From assembly GCA_001662655.1 (NCBI GenBank), contig KV460209.1: a stretch of DNA of 64,000 bases; one strand, written 5' to 3'. A program made the position numbers and the translations under genes. The notes beneath the pieces are model-generated. The model did no database searches. It saw nothing but the letters and a program-made list of their open reading frames with translations, and was not told the DNA's origin. This stretch comes from Pseudogymnoascus verrucosus (taxonomy: Eukaryota). Shown here one piece after another: positions 26,136 through 38,993 of the stretch (position 1 is the first letter of the stretch; the number at the start of each line of letters is the position of its first letter).

Positions 26136-27114
26136 CTTCGCACCCCCCTCTGCTTAGGCGCTACGGCTGGAGGCGGTTATCTTCAGGAATTTATATGTGG
26201 AGGTTTCCGTTGCTGAGAACAACAACATCGTCGCATCAACTCCTAAATCATGTAGCAATGTATAGGCGGCTTGCAAAATAATTCATGACGCAAAGTCAAA
26301 GACCGACAGACTGGTGAGTGAACGGGTGTATGGTGCTCACAAATCAGTGGTGAAGACGTTGGCTGAAGCTCTGGTTGGTCGCGTTAGCCACTGAGATTGA
26401 AACAGGGCTCGGCGCCACATCTGACAATAAGGTGACCTATACGCACCCATCGCGCTGATACACGCACGCTGATTTTGTATGGGATGCACCGCCACATTTT
26501 GATAACGAGTTGGGGGCGAAGCTATCATTTAGTTTAGATCCACGCCCTGTTTGAAGCGAGTATACGCTAGATAGAAACAGGATTAGCGTCTATCGACTGT
26601 AGGAAAGTGACTGTCTCTCAACTTCTCCACAGTATATTGTTATTGACAACTTCACCCCCTTTCTTTGCTCCATTAGTCTTCACTTCAATCCGTTCATTTT
26701 CATCACAGATCCCTATGAGTTGACAATACCAAGCGTGCGGGATGGAAGAGATGCTTTTTTTGCTCGTCCTGGCTTGCTAGAACGACGACGGCTTATCACA
26801 AGTTTTTAACCCTTTTCTACTTCTGGAGAGCCTCGAGGATTTGATTTTCTCTTCTCAAAAACCTCCCACGGGCACATCTTGCCTGCATTACTTTGCTTTT
26901 CTACCTGTATCGATTGAAGTGTATTTATTGTGTTCTGGTGCTTTGTTTTGGTCGAATCAGGGTCATCACATGACAACGCTCATACGTTCGCCAAACCCTG
27001 AAGTTTTTGACATCGTCTGTCTTCGACATTGAGGCATTAAAGCCATTCTTCTTTTCTATCTCTTTGAGTCAGGCTGCTCATTGAAGCGCTGCATCATATC
27101 AGACTCGTATCAAA

Positions 27115-29507
27115 ATGGCGGCTGAAGGCCCCCCATCTACGGATATGGGTAGCCAACAGGCACCAGCGAAAGGAAATGCCCCTACGTGTTACAATTGTGG
27201 GGATTCGGGGCATTACTTTGATGCATGCCCAGAACCGGCTCGAAAGATTCCAGTGTAAGCTTTTTCTCTTGTCTCTCGCTTTCCGGTTCTTGCTTTCCAA
27301 GATACTGATGTCAATCAGTGGACTAGCTGCTGCTCAAGCTGCCAAGGCCAACGCAGGGCCACAAAGCCACCATGGAGGCTATGGAGGCCAAGATCATAGA
27401 TCTAAGCGCCAGAAAACTGGATCTGGCCCAGTGGTCACTAGATATCCAGTTCCAGGCCCAGTTGTGACCAAATTTGGTCCCCCACCAAACCAGCACCCAC
27501 CATATGGGGGACCTCAAGGTTACAACGGAATGCCTCCCCAGCAATTCCCCCAAGGCCAGTATGGTCACCCACAGCAACAATTTGCCCCGCAGAATGGTTA
27601 TCCCCCATACGGTTATCAGGGGCCTCCCATGCCTCAAGGATACAATCAATACGGCCATCATCCACCTGCGCCATACGGCCAAGGCTATGGACCAATGCCT
27701 CCACAAGGTCAAAGCTATAGCTATGGGCTACCAAGCGGCCCGTACTATGGGCAACCATACGGGTCACAAGTGCCATATGGGCCACCTGTTCCACAGCAGT
27801 ACCCTCACCAAGCGCCGGTGCCATATCCTCCACAGCACTCTCAGGTTCCCTACCAGCAGCAGAATATGCAGCAACCGGCCGGCTACGGTCCACCGCAGCA
27901 TGCGGGGCCTTATCAACCTGGACCATATCCTCAGGGTGGGCCCCACGCACCACCAAACCTTTATAATATGCCGCCACAACATCCACAAGCACATGCCCAA
28001 GGGCAGCCACCTGTGCCCTACCAGTCCTTCCAGGGACAGGGTACACAGGGATACAATGAGAACAATGGGCCTTACCCTAATCAACAATCCCAACAAGGGG
28101 TTCAAACTCCAGTTCCAATTCATGGCTCCCCGGCAGCGGGTGGCCCTTCAAACAATAGTGATCAAGGCAGTGCACAAGCAGGAAAATCTTCTGGGCAACC
28201 TGAGTCTGCCCACGATCGTCCCATCGATGATGGGGCTGCCATTAAAAACCAGCCTACGCATTCAACTAACTGTGCAGAGAGTACGGAAGGCAGCCTTAGC
28301 CACGATACGATAGATGAATTCGACATCGATTGGGAAGACTCGGTGTTCAACGACCTGCTTACGGTGGTTGCTATTGCGATTTTAACTCCTCTAAGCACAC
28401 AACTTGATGAGGAGCCTTTGACCTCTGATGCCAGCGATGCTCCGATAAAGAGCAAATATGTGCGCCCCGGAAACCTCGAGGTATTCATATTGCCTATACA
28501 GAAGTCGCTGCACTGGGCAATCCTGCACACAGATCCAGCTCTGGCAAAGATTGATGAAGCATACCCTGCAGTGCCCTTCGAGATGTGGGAAGAGTATCGC
28601 GAGGAGCGAAAGAAGCGGAAGATGCTTGAGGCCCGCCTGCGAGACAATACATGGGATAATCAATTGCACGAGGACGTCCAAGTAGCCGCAGATGATCAAT
28701 CGATGAGAGAAAGTTCCACTGAATCTATGGATCGCCAAGAGAGCAACCGCTCCGGAGTCAGACAGTTCTCTGCTGGTTCTCAGCGAGATTCAAGGTCCAG
28801 GTCCAGGACCCCGGGGTATAGCCGTCGAGGCACTCCGACTCTTGATGATGAGGATGAGCTGTGGGCTTCACGACCTGATGAAGCACCGGTTGAGACGGTT
28901 GCATACGTTGATCCAGCCGAGGCAGTGCTTGCGTCACTTGGTGTGACGGGCGCTCCAAAGCCAGTTTCTGTGAATACCGCAGTATATAATGATGGACAGA
29001 AGTAAGAACCACTGTCTCCCAAGAGATACTCTTGTACTGACTCTCTACAGGGAACCTTCCAGTCCACGGAGGCAGCAGATGAGACAGGATTCCGGGTATG
29101 CCAGTGCCCGACCGTCCATTGGCCGTCAAAGTTCATGGAACAATGGACCAGCCTTTCGACGACCATCCAAGCCGACACGCCATCGTTCGGGATATGACGG
29201 CTGCATCGATAGCCCAATATCTGAAGTTTCTATGCGAAGCCATAATTCCGAGCGTGATGTTAGCAAGCAAGGGTCAAAGAGCATGAGCCCCGTAGAAAGC
29301 CCGTTGTCGCCAACATCCGCGGCATTGGTTGGTGAAGCTCCTGCTTCTAATGAAGACCGTTATCGAAGCAGGGAGCCTTTACGACAAAACGACGATCAGT
29401 ATGTCAAGAAACGGCCACAGCCAAAGGTTGCTGAAGCATACAGGTGAGTTATTTACGTATTTCGTGTTAAACGGCATGCTTATTCCTTACATAGCCGCCG
29501 ATGGTAG
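27115..29507 (+). CDS. CCHC zinc-knuckle protein with long P/Q/G/Y low-complexity region
   Basis: Exon 1 encodes CYNCGDSGHYFDAC (CX2CX4HX4C). Introns ~27255-27318, 29002-29050 and 29444-29494; ends PQPKVAEAYSRRW*. Confidence 0.8.
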
Positions 29508-30974
29508 ATTCCTACCTTTTGCGCATCCGGCGAACGATCGCGCCATACTCGACTACACCTCCGTGGCTTATTCACTTCTCTAATTATAGGTTATTATTTA
29601 TCGACACGACCGGACGACACAGCATTGGGTTGGGACAATGGAGTATATATGTAGAACTTTTGGTGGTTTTTTCCTTTTCCTCAGGGCCCTTCGAACTTTT
29701 ACGTCTTGTCAGGCCCACTCAAAACATTCTCTTCTTTTTCCTCAATCTCTCTCCCAGACAAGTGCGAGGGTTAGAACAAACTTAACGTTTTAATGTGCAA
29801 CTACTTCTTGGTCATGGAAATATTTCTTCGTTCAAATGATATTTTACTCGTGGGGCGGCGTTCGTGGGTTTCATAGGGGCGGATTGGGTCGTTGGAGGTG
29901 CTGGGGCAAAATCAACGATACTGTCATGAGGATCCAATGGTCCGCATTGTTATTAGTGTAAGAACAGGGGTTTCGTTTTCGGTCTATCAAAACAAGATAA
30001 AACAAATAAAATTAGCACGTTTCCAGCTTCATTCCTATGTCCATATTGCCCATTGTCATATCCTCGTTAGTTTTATGGGCTATAACCAGCAACTAGTCGT
30101 CGGGTTAGTATCTCTTAACTTGAGGGACAATTATTTTATGTGCCTCGGTATTCCCATCTCGTACCTCGGTCGCGGTGCCGTCAAGACTGCCTTTATGGTG
30201 CAGCACTTCGTGAGAGTCATTCTCATGGTCAACCCTGTCTTGATATCCCATAGTACTACATATGTTGTATCGAGTTTCTCTAAGCCCACTCTCATACGAT
30301 AGCTCGTGACGGATGCTTCCATTTTCATTTCATTATATGTAGACCGATAAGCACCAATTCGAGCACGCCAAAAAACAAAAACTGTCGCACAAACTGTCAC
30401 AAGAGAGGGATCGGGTATATGGGTTGCGTGGAAAGGTTCAACAATGATACCTATGCCACGTAGCCACACCGACTTAATGCGTGCTTCGGTTTGGTTTTTT
30501 CTCGCCAGCTTTTTTCATCGCTGTGCCTCTTTCCTGTCATCGCCGGTCGTTCTCGCCGCCACCGCTACCCTCCTGCCACAGAGCCCTTCTCGTCACCGCC
30601 TGGTCTCGTCACCACGACGCCCGTTCGAATTATAAGATGGCCTTTATATAGATCATATTTAACCTCCTCAAAGATTACCGTGAACTAGATAACTTCTAAG
30701 TAGTTCAAAGTCGCGTAGAAGTCCTCGATCTCTCTCCGCATTGGATCCGGAGCGTATTGTAGATATTAATCGAGCTTCTTCAAGAAGATCTAGGTGGTCG
30801 TATTGTGAGCCGAGCAACCGTAACAATCAATACATGTATCCAACTTATTATAAGTTTGCCTCACTTTAATAAATACGATGGATCATCATGGCCGTTGCAC
30901 ATTGTTCACTCTATGGTTTTTTACCCTGTTCTATAATATTTGAAGATTTCGTTGGGTCTCATCTATTTCCAATA

Positions 30975-33587
30975 TCAACGCTTGATAAGCTGGTCACCCT
31001 CTGCCCCATCATCACTTTCTTCTTCACTTTCTCCATCATCTTCATCATCAGTCTCCTCTTCGCTCTCCTCTTCATCCTCCTCTTCGTCCGAACCCTCTTC
31101 CTCAGACCCCTCCTCCTCCTCCTCTTCTTCACTTTCCTCTTCCGCCAACCAATCATCCAGCGTCTTCGCCTTCTCCTTCCCCTTCCCTTCCCCCTCACTA
31201 ACTCCGCCCCCATCACCATTCACTCCACTCCTCCCCACAACCGTCTTCCCGCTCCCTGCCGCCCGATCCAGCATTTCCCCAGCCGGCACAGACTTTGCAC
31301 TGGCCTCACCATACGCCTTCTCCTCTTCCCATTCCCTGAGACTCGGATCCGGCTCCTGACCCGCCTTCACCCAATCCGGCAATCCTTCGTACCCCTTAAT
31401 CCCCATCCCGCCCAAGCTATCTCCAATTACCAAACTTGCTGAGCCTAGCATAAACCCTTTCCTGCTCTCGCTTGGGCTCGGTACTTGCGGTACCAGTTTC
31501 GGGGCCAGGAGCATCAAGGTAGCAAGCTGTGTAGAGGAGGGAGTGGAGAGGAGGGAGCGGTAGAGGCGGAGACGGTCGCGGAGATCGTAGGATGTGTCGT
31601 ATCGCGCGAGGAGGAATATGTAATTCCATAGTAAGACAATCGGATGCTCTTCGTCTGGGCTGGCAAAGTGTGGTTGCTTAAAGTCTTCTTGCTGGGAAGG
31701 CGACGCATCGTCACCTCCGTCAGGCCGAGACCCACTGTCGGTCGGCGCTGGTTCTGCGGAAGCTTGGAGTCGGTTGAGGTAGTGCAGGTATACCTTCGCA
31801 GCGAGCAATACAATCTGTAGCTTTGCAGGCTCAGCTTCGTCTGTGAAGTTCTTGGCTAGAATGCGTAACACATCAGGCGCAATGTTGTCTTCTTCACCTA
31901 TCCCCGAGAATTCCCCCACAAGCCAGATGATGGTGGCGCGAGCCTTTGGGCTCGTGGTGGTATCTAGGCTCTTTGCTAATCGTATAACCGTCTTTATATG
32001 GGAGTCTGGGTCTTGTTGGATAAGATGGCGGATCACAGTCAGCGATTCCGCAACCAGGTTTCCATCTGGGCTGCTAATTTGCTTCAGCAAAAGTCTCATG
32101 CAGCGTCCCGACGTTTGCGCGTCCGACTGTGCACAACGTCCAATAGCACGAACGCTCTCACGGACCAGTGCTCGATCAGACCCCGATGCAAAGTGTTCAA
32201 GTTCGTTGAGTATGAGGCTCTTAATGTGGGTATCGCAATGCGGGAATATCAGGGTAAGCATTTCCAACTTAAGCTCCCAGACTTGTGCTGGGTCGGTAGT
32301 GCGAACCAGGAAATGGGAGGCAAAGCGGACGAAAGACTGTGGCTGTGAGATTGCAACTGAGACAATATTGTACAACGCAATATGTTGGATATCTTGGGGC
32401 CCACGGAGGAGGGCAACGAGAGGCCCAATCGTGGACTCGATATAAGAGGGTGTTCCGAGGTTGACGTATGCACGTGCGACAGCCACGACGACTGCTGAAT
32501 TGCGGCTTTGTAGCAGAGGCTTGATACTCTTCAGAAGAAGTTCAAGGTCGGGATTTATCACAGCAACCTCCTCGGAGATTTCTTCTTCTGCTTGGTCTTC
32601 CTCGTCTTCATAAAACCCCTTAGTTCCATTCTTCTTCTTCACAGTTGTTGTCCTTCGCGGAAAGCATCGCCTTGCATAAATAGTCATCAGCTGCAATGTC
32701 GCCAGTTGACTCCATTCATCCATATCCACGAGTTTCTTCACAAGCCCTCTGTAATGCTTATGGATCAAATCGAGCCTCTCAGGGCAGATCTCCATAAAAG
32801 TCTTCACTGCCGCACCAGCCACGTAATATTGCTTGTCTCCCAACAAGGTCGACAGGTATCCTAGCAGCTGCGGCAACGTTCCCGGGTCCAGTCTGTAGCA
32901 TTTCGGGATTGCCAGCGCAGCTGCTCTCCGTACGTGGGGGCTCATATCACCCAGTCCCTTCCGAATCGCCAGGGAAACAATCTGGCTGATCACTGGGACG
33001 CGAATCCCCGACATCGTTTTGAGGGCCATGGCCCGAACTTGGGGATTCCCATCAGATAGAGATTTCTGGATTGTGTTTATGGAGAGGAGGGCGAGGTCGG
33101 GCTCAGCTTCGGCGTGGCTTAGGAGATATATGTAGACCAGCTTTTTTATTTCGAGGTTTGGGGAGGCGACGTTTTTGACGACTGAGGAGAAAAATGGGAG
33201 ACATGGTTGAGAGCGGTGCATCAACTAAATAGTATCAGTATATGCCATATTGTAGCTTCTTGGCTCAGAGAGCGGACGCGCTTGACCCAGTTGTTTTGGC
33301 GGCTGGGGGACAGCTATTATAAGGGACACATACAGTTATAACCTTCCTCAGTCCATCAAGGACCTCTCTTTCGTTCCTGCTATCAAGCAGCTTCCTAATC
33401 TGTGCCGTCGAGAGGCTCTTCTGAGTGGAGCGCGAGCTCCGTGCTGCCTGAGCCGCATCGATGGTTAGGTCTCGAGCTATTCCCTCGTCAGCATCATAGC
33501 CCGGAGGGTCATGGAATGGAAAAATGAAGAAAGACATTACTACATACCACTTTCCAGCAGGCTGGAGATCCGAGACAGCGACTCCAT
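30975..33587 (-). CDS. APL6: AP-3 adaptor complex beta subunit
   Basis: Start MESLSRISSLLES; adaptin N-terminal motifs VVKNVAS.NLEIKKLVYIYL, LLSINTIQKSLSD and ARYDTSYDLRDR; acidic C-terminal hinge; two 5' introns. Confidence 0.93.
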
Positions 33588-33982
33588 GCTTGGGACGGGG
33601 AGCACAAGGAAACGTGCAACTTGGAGCTGTAGTGGGGTTAAGCGACGGTGACGACAATGACGCTCGTGCACCGACGTTTGGGGGTCGGCAATTATTAATT
33701 CCTGAGAGCATGCGACACCGACGTCGAGTTCTGGGATTAATTAATATCTCCCATTGAGGTTCATGGTTACGACCATATATCTAAAGTCTGCTTTCCAAAC
33801 CAGACGACCAACTAACAGCAGCCACTAACAAACTAACGGCGCGTTGACCGGTAGCCAGGAACCCGCGTCTGCCGGGCTGCAGTGACAGAGACAATTCAGC
33901 AATAGCGACAGCCACGATGACGGCCCCAACCTCTAGTCCTTGAGTCACTGCTCCCGTCTGGTGATGGGATAACTATGATCAA

Positions 33983-34789
33983 ATGGCGCCGGCATCACCA
34001 ATCGCCGTTCCTCCAGTTACGCCACGCGTTCTACTCGATTATATCCTGACCTCGACCTCATACCCCACGACCCTCCTCGTCTGCTCTCCGCGAGCAGCCT
34101 TCCTTTCGTCTCTACAGAACTCAGCATCTACCTCTTCGACATTACAATCCTCGACATCGACGCTCCACCTTCTTTCTCTCTCTCCGCACATACAAACCAT
34201 ATTCACACCCACGCTCTCCCACCTCCGCGCCTGGCTCTCTGTCGCAGACAGCAGCTGCGCCGCACCGGCCCCAGCTTCGGATCCAGTAAGCAAGGATGCA
34301 ATAGATACCGTTAAGCATGGCAATGGGAGAAGCCAGCTGGTCGTTTTGGGTCTGGTGAATATGCACAAGGGAACAAGCGAATGGAGCGTGCAAGGCTTGA
34401 GTTCAACGGCAGCAGCATTGGTAGAAGCAGGACAACGGATGGGAAGGAAGGTTGTACTGGTTGAAGAAGCTGGGAGTGACGCGACCAGGGAGGGTGAAGA
34501 CGATGAAGGCGAGCCTGTAGGGATTGAAGGCGTTGAGGCTGAAGGGGATTTGGAAGAAATACATGGCTTGAATGATAATGGCGAGCTGGTGGACGACCGC
34601 CCGGTTGAGGTTGAGCAGGTAATAAAACGGCAGTGGGGTATCTATCACAAGCGGTTACCGATGCTAAATGGTAGCTCCAAGACGGATGCCAATGACTTAG
34701 AGGCAGCGACTTGGAGTGGAAGGACAGTGGAAGTCGGCATTGTGCTGAAGCGGTGGTTTAGGTTCACAGGCGAAGATATGATACCATGA
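33983..34789 (+). CDS. Conserved fungal hypothetical alpha/beta protein (possible divergent RecA-fold / Rad51-paralog-like)
   Basis: Intronless 268-aa ORF with CAAATG start; blocks PTTLLVCS, PTLSHLRAWLS, SEWSVQGL and WSGRTV..VLKRWF. The fold assignment is inference. Confidence 0.7.
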   Translation: MAPASPIAVPPVTPRVLLDYILTSTSYPTTLLVCSPRAAFLSSLQNSASTSSTLQSSTSTLHLLSLSPHIQTIFTPTLSHLRAWLSVADSSCAAPAPASDPVSKDAIDTVKHGNGRSQLVVLGLVNMHKGTSEWSVQGLSSTAAALVEAGQRMGRKVVLVEEAGSDATREGEDDEGEPVGIEGVEAEGDLEEIHGLNDNGELVDDRPVEVEQVIKRQWGIYHKRLPMLNGSSKTDANDLEAATWSGRTVEVGIVLKRWFRFTGEDMIP

Positions 34790-35287
34790 GGCCATGATTG
34801 CAAAGGATTTGGTGGCTTTGGCATGCACAGCTGGAGAGGCAGTACAGAGAATGGACGTGACATATTTGCTACACATACATCGAATACGTTGGAGGCCGAC
34901 ATATATTCACCGTCGGGCCGGAGTAGCAGCATAGCTAACCCGGTGTAATTTAGTCCTACGGGCCTGACAAATGCTACCAGTTGGCCCGGGGCATAGTTAG
35001 GACTATCATGCTGTGGACTCTGTCGAATGGGTGTCTACATTCCTCACTTGAATGTATGCTATGAACTCAATTTCATGTCCCAGTCTCCAATGAATGACAT
35101 AATTCGGATAATGATTTGAATGCACTCTTGATGATATTTTGTACAATCGGCAACTCTCGCTACCACCCATCTATCACTCTTCTCTATCACTATCAAGCCA
35201 TCATGATACACAAAATCCACCGCTCTTCCGCCTCTATTTATCTTGCTGGAACCCCGTTTATCAACTATTAACCAAAACCCGCTCAGC

Positions 35288-36281
35288 TTAACCAATGACC
35301 AGGTTGGTCTCGTCCGCGAAGTCGTACTCTGGAATCTCGAGGTTGAGTGGTGCAGGTCCCTTGCGAATACGGCCGGAGATATCGTAATGAGAACCGTGGC
35401 AAGGGCAGAACCATCCGCCGAAGTCACCAGCCTCACCAATGGGTACGCATCCCAAATGTGTGCAGACACCTAAACGCGTGCTGTTAGTATAGGTTCCTAC
35501 AAAAAGTTGTCCCGAAAACAGGAAATTTCGGCATGTTGCGTCGTTGTTTGTACGTACCAATCATGACCAACCACTCTGGCTTCTTGACACGGTCGGCATC
35601 CTTTTGGGGGTCACGTAGCGACTCAATCTTGATATCCTCGGCCTCCTTAATCTCGTCGGCAGTACGGTGACGGATGAAGACTGGCTTTCCACGCCATTTG
35701 ATGAGAACCTGGGTAGTATAGTCAGTCTCTGGGTCTCAATTCCGCTCATAAAGAAGGTACGTACGTTCTTGCCCTCTGGGATAGCAGCAAGGTCAACCTC
35801 GACCTTGGCCATGGCCAAGACATCGGCAGATGCGGACATGTTGACAAGGAAATCTGCAGCAACCTCAAGTCAGCAAATCATCCCAATTGGCTCCCATATT
35901 CCATATTCCGTCGTCCTTTAGCCTTCGCACAGCTTCTATATCCCCAATTGATCCCTTCCAACCCTCTTCAAAGATTCACGTACCCTGAACGGTAGACTTG
36001 GCACCCGCGGCGGTGATCGCGCCCATCGACCCAACCATGAAGTATTGGAACAGGAGGTTGCTGCTCTTGGCATTCTTGCTCCTGTATTTGCTGAAATCGG
36101 GGATCTGGCTGGTATTGGCCTTGCTGGCGCTGGCCTTGAAGGGGCTCTCGAAGGCCGGGGCGTTGACGCCGGACTCGCCCGAGGCATTTTTCTGCGTAGT
36201 CGTGCTGAGCGCGCGCACGCTGCCTACGGTGCGTGGGGCAGCACGCAACAGCGCCCGCGAGCTGTGGGTGAGAGATGCCAT
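35288..36281 (-). CDS. RIP1: Cytochrome bc1 Rieske iron-sulfur subunit, mitochondrial
   Basis: Arg/Ser-rich presequence; [32 protein letters not shown] and GPAPLNL; three introns. Confidence 0.97.
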
Positions 36282-36397
36282 GTCGTAGGTGGGAGGTTGT
36301 GCGTGGACAGAGGAGACAAAGAGCGACGAATTGGATGGATGGGTGTTGTCGGATTGATTTTGAGGTTCGGCAAAGTCAAGGTCGTATAAGCCGCTCC

Positions 36398-36523
36398 TGA
36401 TTGGCTCGTGCTATTTCTACTGGTACGCCACGTGACTCTCGGTCATTAATGGACCTCTCGTCATAAACATCTCGACAAACATGATTTGATCTGGGCTCAG
36501 GAACAGAAAATCTACGATTGGCC
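36398..36523 (-). promoter_or_regulatory. Two CCAAT boxes plus a CACGTG E-box in the RIP1 promoter
   Basis: TGATTGGCT at 36398, CGATTGGCC at 36515 and CACGTGA at 36429. Confidence 0.45.
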
Positions 36524-37295
36524 ACGAAATGAGCAATTATGTGCCATGTCTCGTATGTCTCATGTTTGGGAGCATAAATCTGTGTGTAACTTTACTCAAT
36601 ACTGTTTTTTTTCCTGTGTTTCTTCATTGAGTTTATCACGTGTATTTTGTCACAGTTTAAGGCGTAAAATTGTTATTGGATGAAGCAATGAAGTGAAAAG
36701 TTTAAAGCATAGCGTATCAATTATCAGTTTGAGCGTGTTAGTGAATCATTTATATTGTATAATACTGTTTATTCAGAAGCAAGACTTCCAGAAATTGTTA
36801 CTCCTTACGACCGCTTAAATTGGATTTGCACGTGATTTCACATTGCTGCTCAACTAGGATTAGCGTTATATACAGGTACATAAATTCCAATGTAGCCGGT
36901 GCGGGGTCGCCTAAAAATTGGGGAAAGCTCCCTGACAACTCTCATATTCCATGGTGCCGCTGTCCATAATTCTTCCTCGAATGACCCACCCCGTCACAGT
37001 GCTCTAAGGACGGCCTGAGAACGGCTTGTTGCTTTGGCTGCCGGAGAAACTATTCTATTAGAGCTTGTTACTGGGAATCTAACCTGCAGGCCACTAATTT
37101 TATTTCCCTTTAGATTAACAGCAAGGCTATTTTGTAGCTCTACCATCACCGCTGTTCCTAGCCGTATTTCTCCGCAAGTTAGAGCCGGAGATATTTACTA
37201 ACAATGCAAGTAGGATGGATAAGGTTATAAACCAAGCACTGTGGACACTATGAAGCTTCTGCCAAGCAGTTTGTGAGCTCTAAAGTCTTATCAAA

Positions 37296-38486
37296 ATGGT
37301 GAAACAAATAATTGGTTGCGTTGCTGCCTTCCTTGTCTCTGGATTCTTCTCCACAGCGACTGCCTCTGCTGTTCCTGATCCTCGTCATACGTGCCAGTAT
37401 CCGACTAAAAATGCTCTCGAGGGATGTCCCAAGAATAGCATCCTCGTTGGACAGGACTCCTCGGTCGCCAAGTTCACATCCATTCAGAAAGCTATTTCAT
37501 CGCTCCCAGATAATGACACCGCCTTCACTATTGTGGTTCTCTCAGGAAACTACACGGAGCAGTTGAATGTTACGCGCAAAGCTCCTATTACGATCATTGG
37601 GCAAACCCGTACTCCATTGGAACAATCAGAGAACACCGTGACTGTATACTGGTCATCCATCAATGGTGCTGGTTCGGGTCTCACCGACAATGCTTATACA
37701 TCGGTCTTGACAGTCGCGCCGAATCTGAACGCCAGTCTCACAGGGTCTGGACCTACTGGGTTCCCCGTCCCTGCGGACACGCCATTTGGCAACAGCGATT
37801 TCCGTGTCTACAACATCGACTTCCGCAATGTCGCCACCGAAATAGGTGCAGGGCCATCTCTAGCAGTCAGTGTGAGCAGGGCCAACGCTGGTTTCTACTC
37901 TTGTGGCTTCTACAGCTACCAGGATACCGTCTATGTTGGCAAGCTCGGTAACGCCTATTTTTACAAGAACGAAATTGCCGGCCAGACTGATTTCCTCTAT
38001 GGATTCGGAACGGCATGGCTTGAGCGCACGAATCTGGCACTGCGCAGATGTGGCGGTGGGATTATTGCGTGGAAAGGGACTAACACGACGTTTGCCAACC
38101 AGTACGGCTGTTACGTCTCGAACTCGTTTATCAACGCAGCAAATTCTTCCATTGCTCCGGCTATTGCTGGGAAATGCTCTCTCGGTAGGCCGTGGAATGC
38201 ACAGCATCGCAGTGTTTATTTGAATACTTTCATGGACGCTTCGGTCTTGCCAGCTGGGTACACGAAATGGTCGAGTAATCCTTTGACGAACAACTATAAC
38301 AATTATACCTTCATGGGGGAATATGGATCGTATGGTCCAGGCTTCAACTTGACTGCACGATTGGCTGGAAATGTCACCATTGTGCTGGATAAGAAGACGG
38401 CAAAGAAGTACCTCCATCCTCGGGATGTTTTTATCACTCACGAGGGCAAGCCTAATGTCAAATGGATTGACCCACGCTATCTATGA
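37296..38486 (+). CDS. Secreted pectin methylesterase, carbohydrate esterase family 8 (intronless)
   Basis: Signal peptide; FTSIQKAI, G.YTEQ, YSYQDT, GQTDFLYGFG and LGRPW are CE8 catalytic motifs. Confidence 0.92.
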   Translation: MVKQIIGCVAAFLVSGFFSTATASAVPDPRHTCQYPTKNALEGCPKNSILVGQDSSVAKFTSIQKAISSLPDNDTAFTIVVLSGNYTEQLNVTRKAPITIIGQTRTPLEQSENTVTVYWSSINGAGSGLTDNAYTSVLTVAPNLNASLTGSGPTGFPVPADTPFGNSDFRVYNIDFRNVATEIGAGPSLAVSVSRANAGFYSCGFYSYQDTVYVGKLGNAYFYKNEIAGQTDFLYGFGTAWLERTNLALRRCGGGIIAWKGTNTTFANQYGCYVSNSFINAANSSIAPAIAGKCSLGRPWNAQHRSVYLNTFMDASVLPAGYTKWSSNPLTNNYNNYTFMGEYGSYGPGFNLTARLAGNVTIVLDKKTAKKYLHPRDVFITHEGKPNVKWIDPRYL

Positions 38487-38993
38487 ATTCGGCGCCAAGA
38501 GGAGTTCTTGGGTGGTATTCTGAGTTAGATAAGCAGATCTTAAGTAGAATAGATAAAATCAATGAGAAAATGGTGTTGGATTTGAGCTATCTGAGAATAA
38601 TCCAAGTGTGCAATCGTGTAGTATCTAGCCATTCCAGTCACTGTGAATGGTACATTAATTATACTTTAACGAAGCTACCCTTTCTCATATCTCCCCGAAA
38701 GTCTTGGCCCTTTGAGTAAGTGGGCCAACTACTGTCCATAGTCTGACCCATCATATGCACAGCCAGCCTGCGGTTAAGTACGCTGATATTACAAGTAAGG
38801 CACGGCATTTTACTGGTTGTACACACTTGTACACTACAGAACTAAGCAATACACCCCTGAGACATGTCAAGCTGGACGAATTCCATAAATAGCTTTACAG
38901 TTTTGGCTAAATAGAGAAAATGACAACTCTAATATTCCACCCCCACCCAAATACCTACGGCAGAAATATTATCCTTCACTCTTTTCTATCTCA

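Noticed and set aside
29892..30688. ORFs and TCTCGYCRCC repeats between the zinc-knuckle gene and AP-3 beta
   Set aside because: No coding signature or homology I can recognise; the motif copies are few and irregular.
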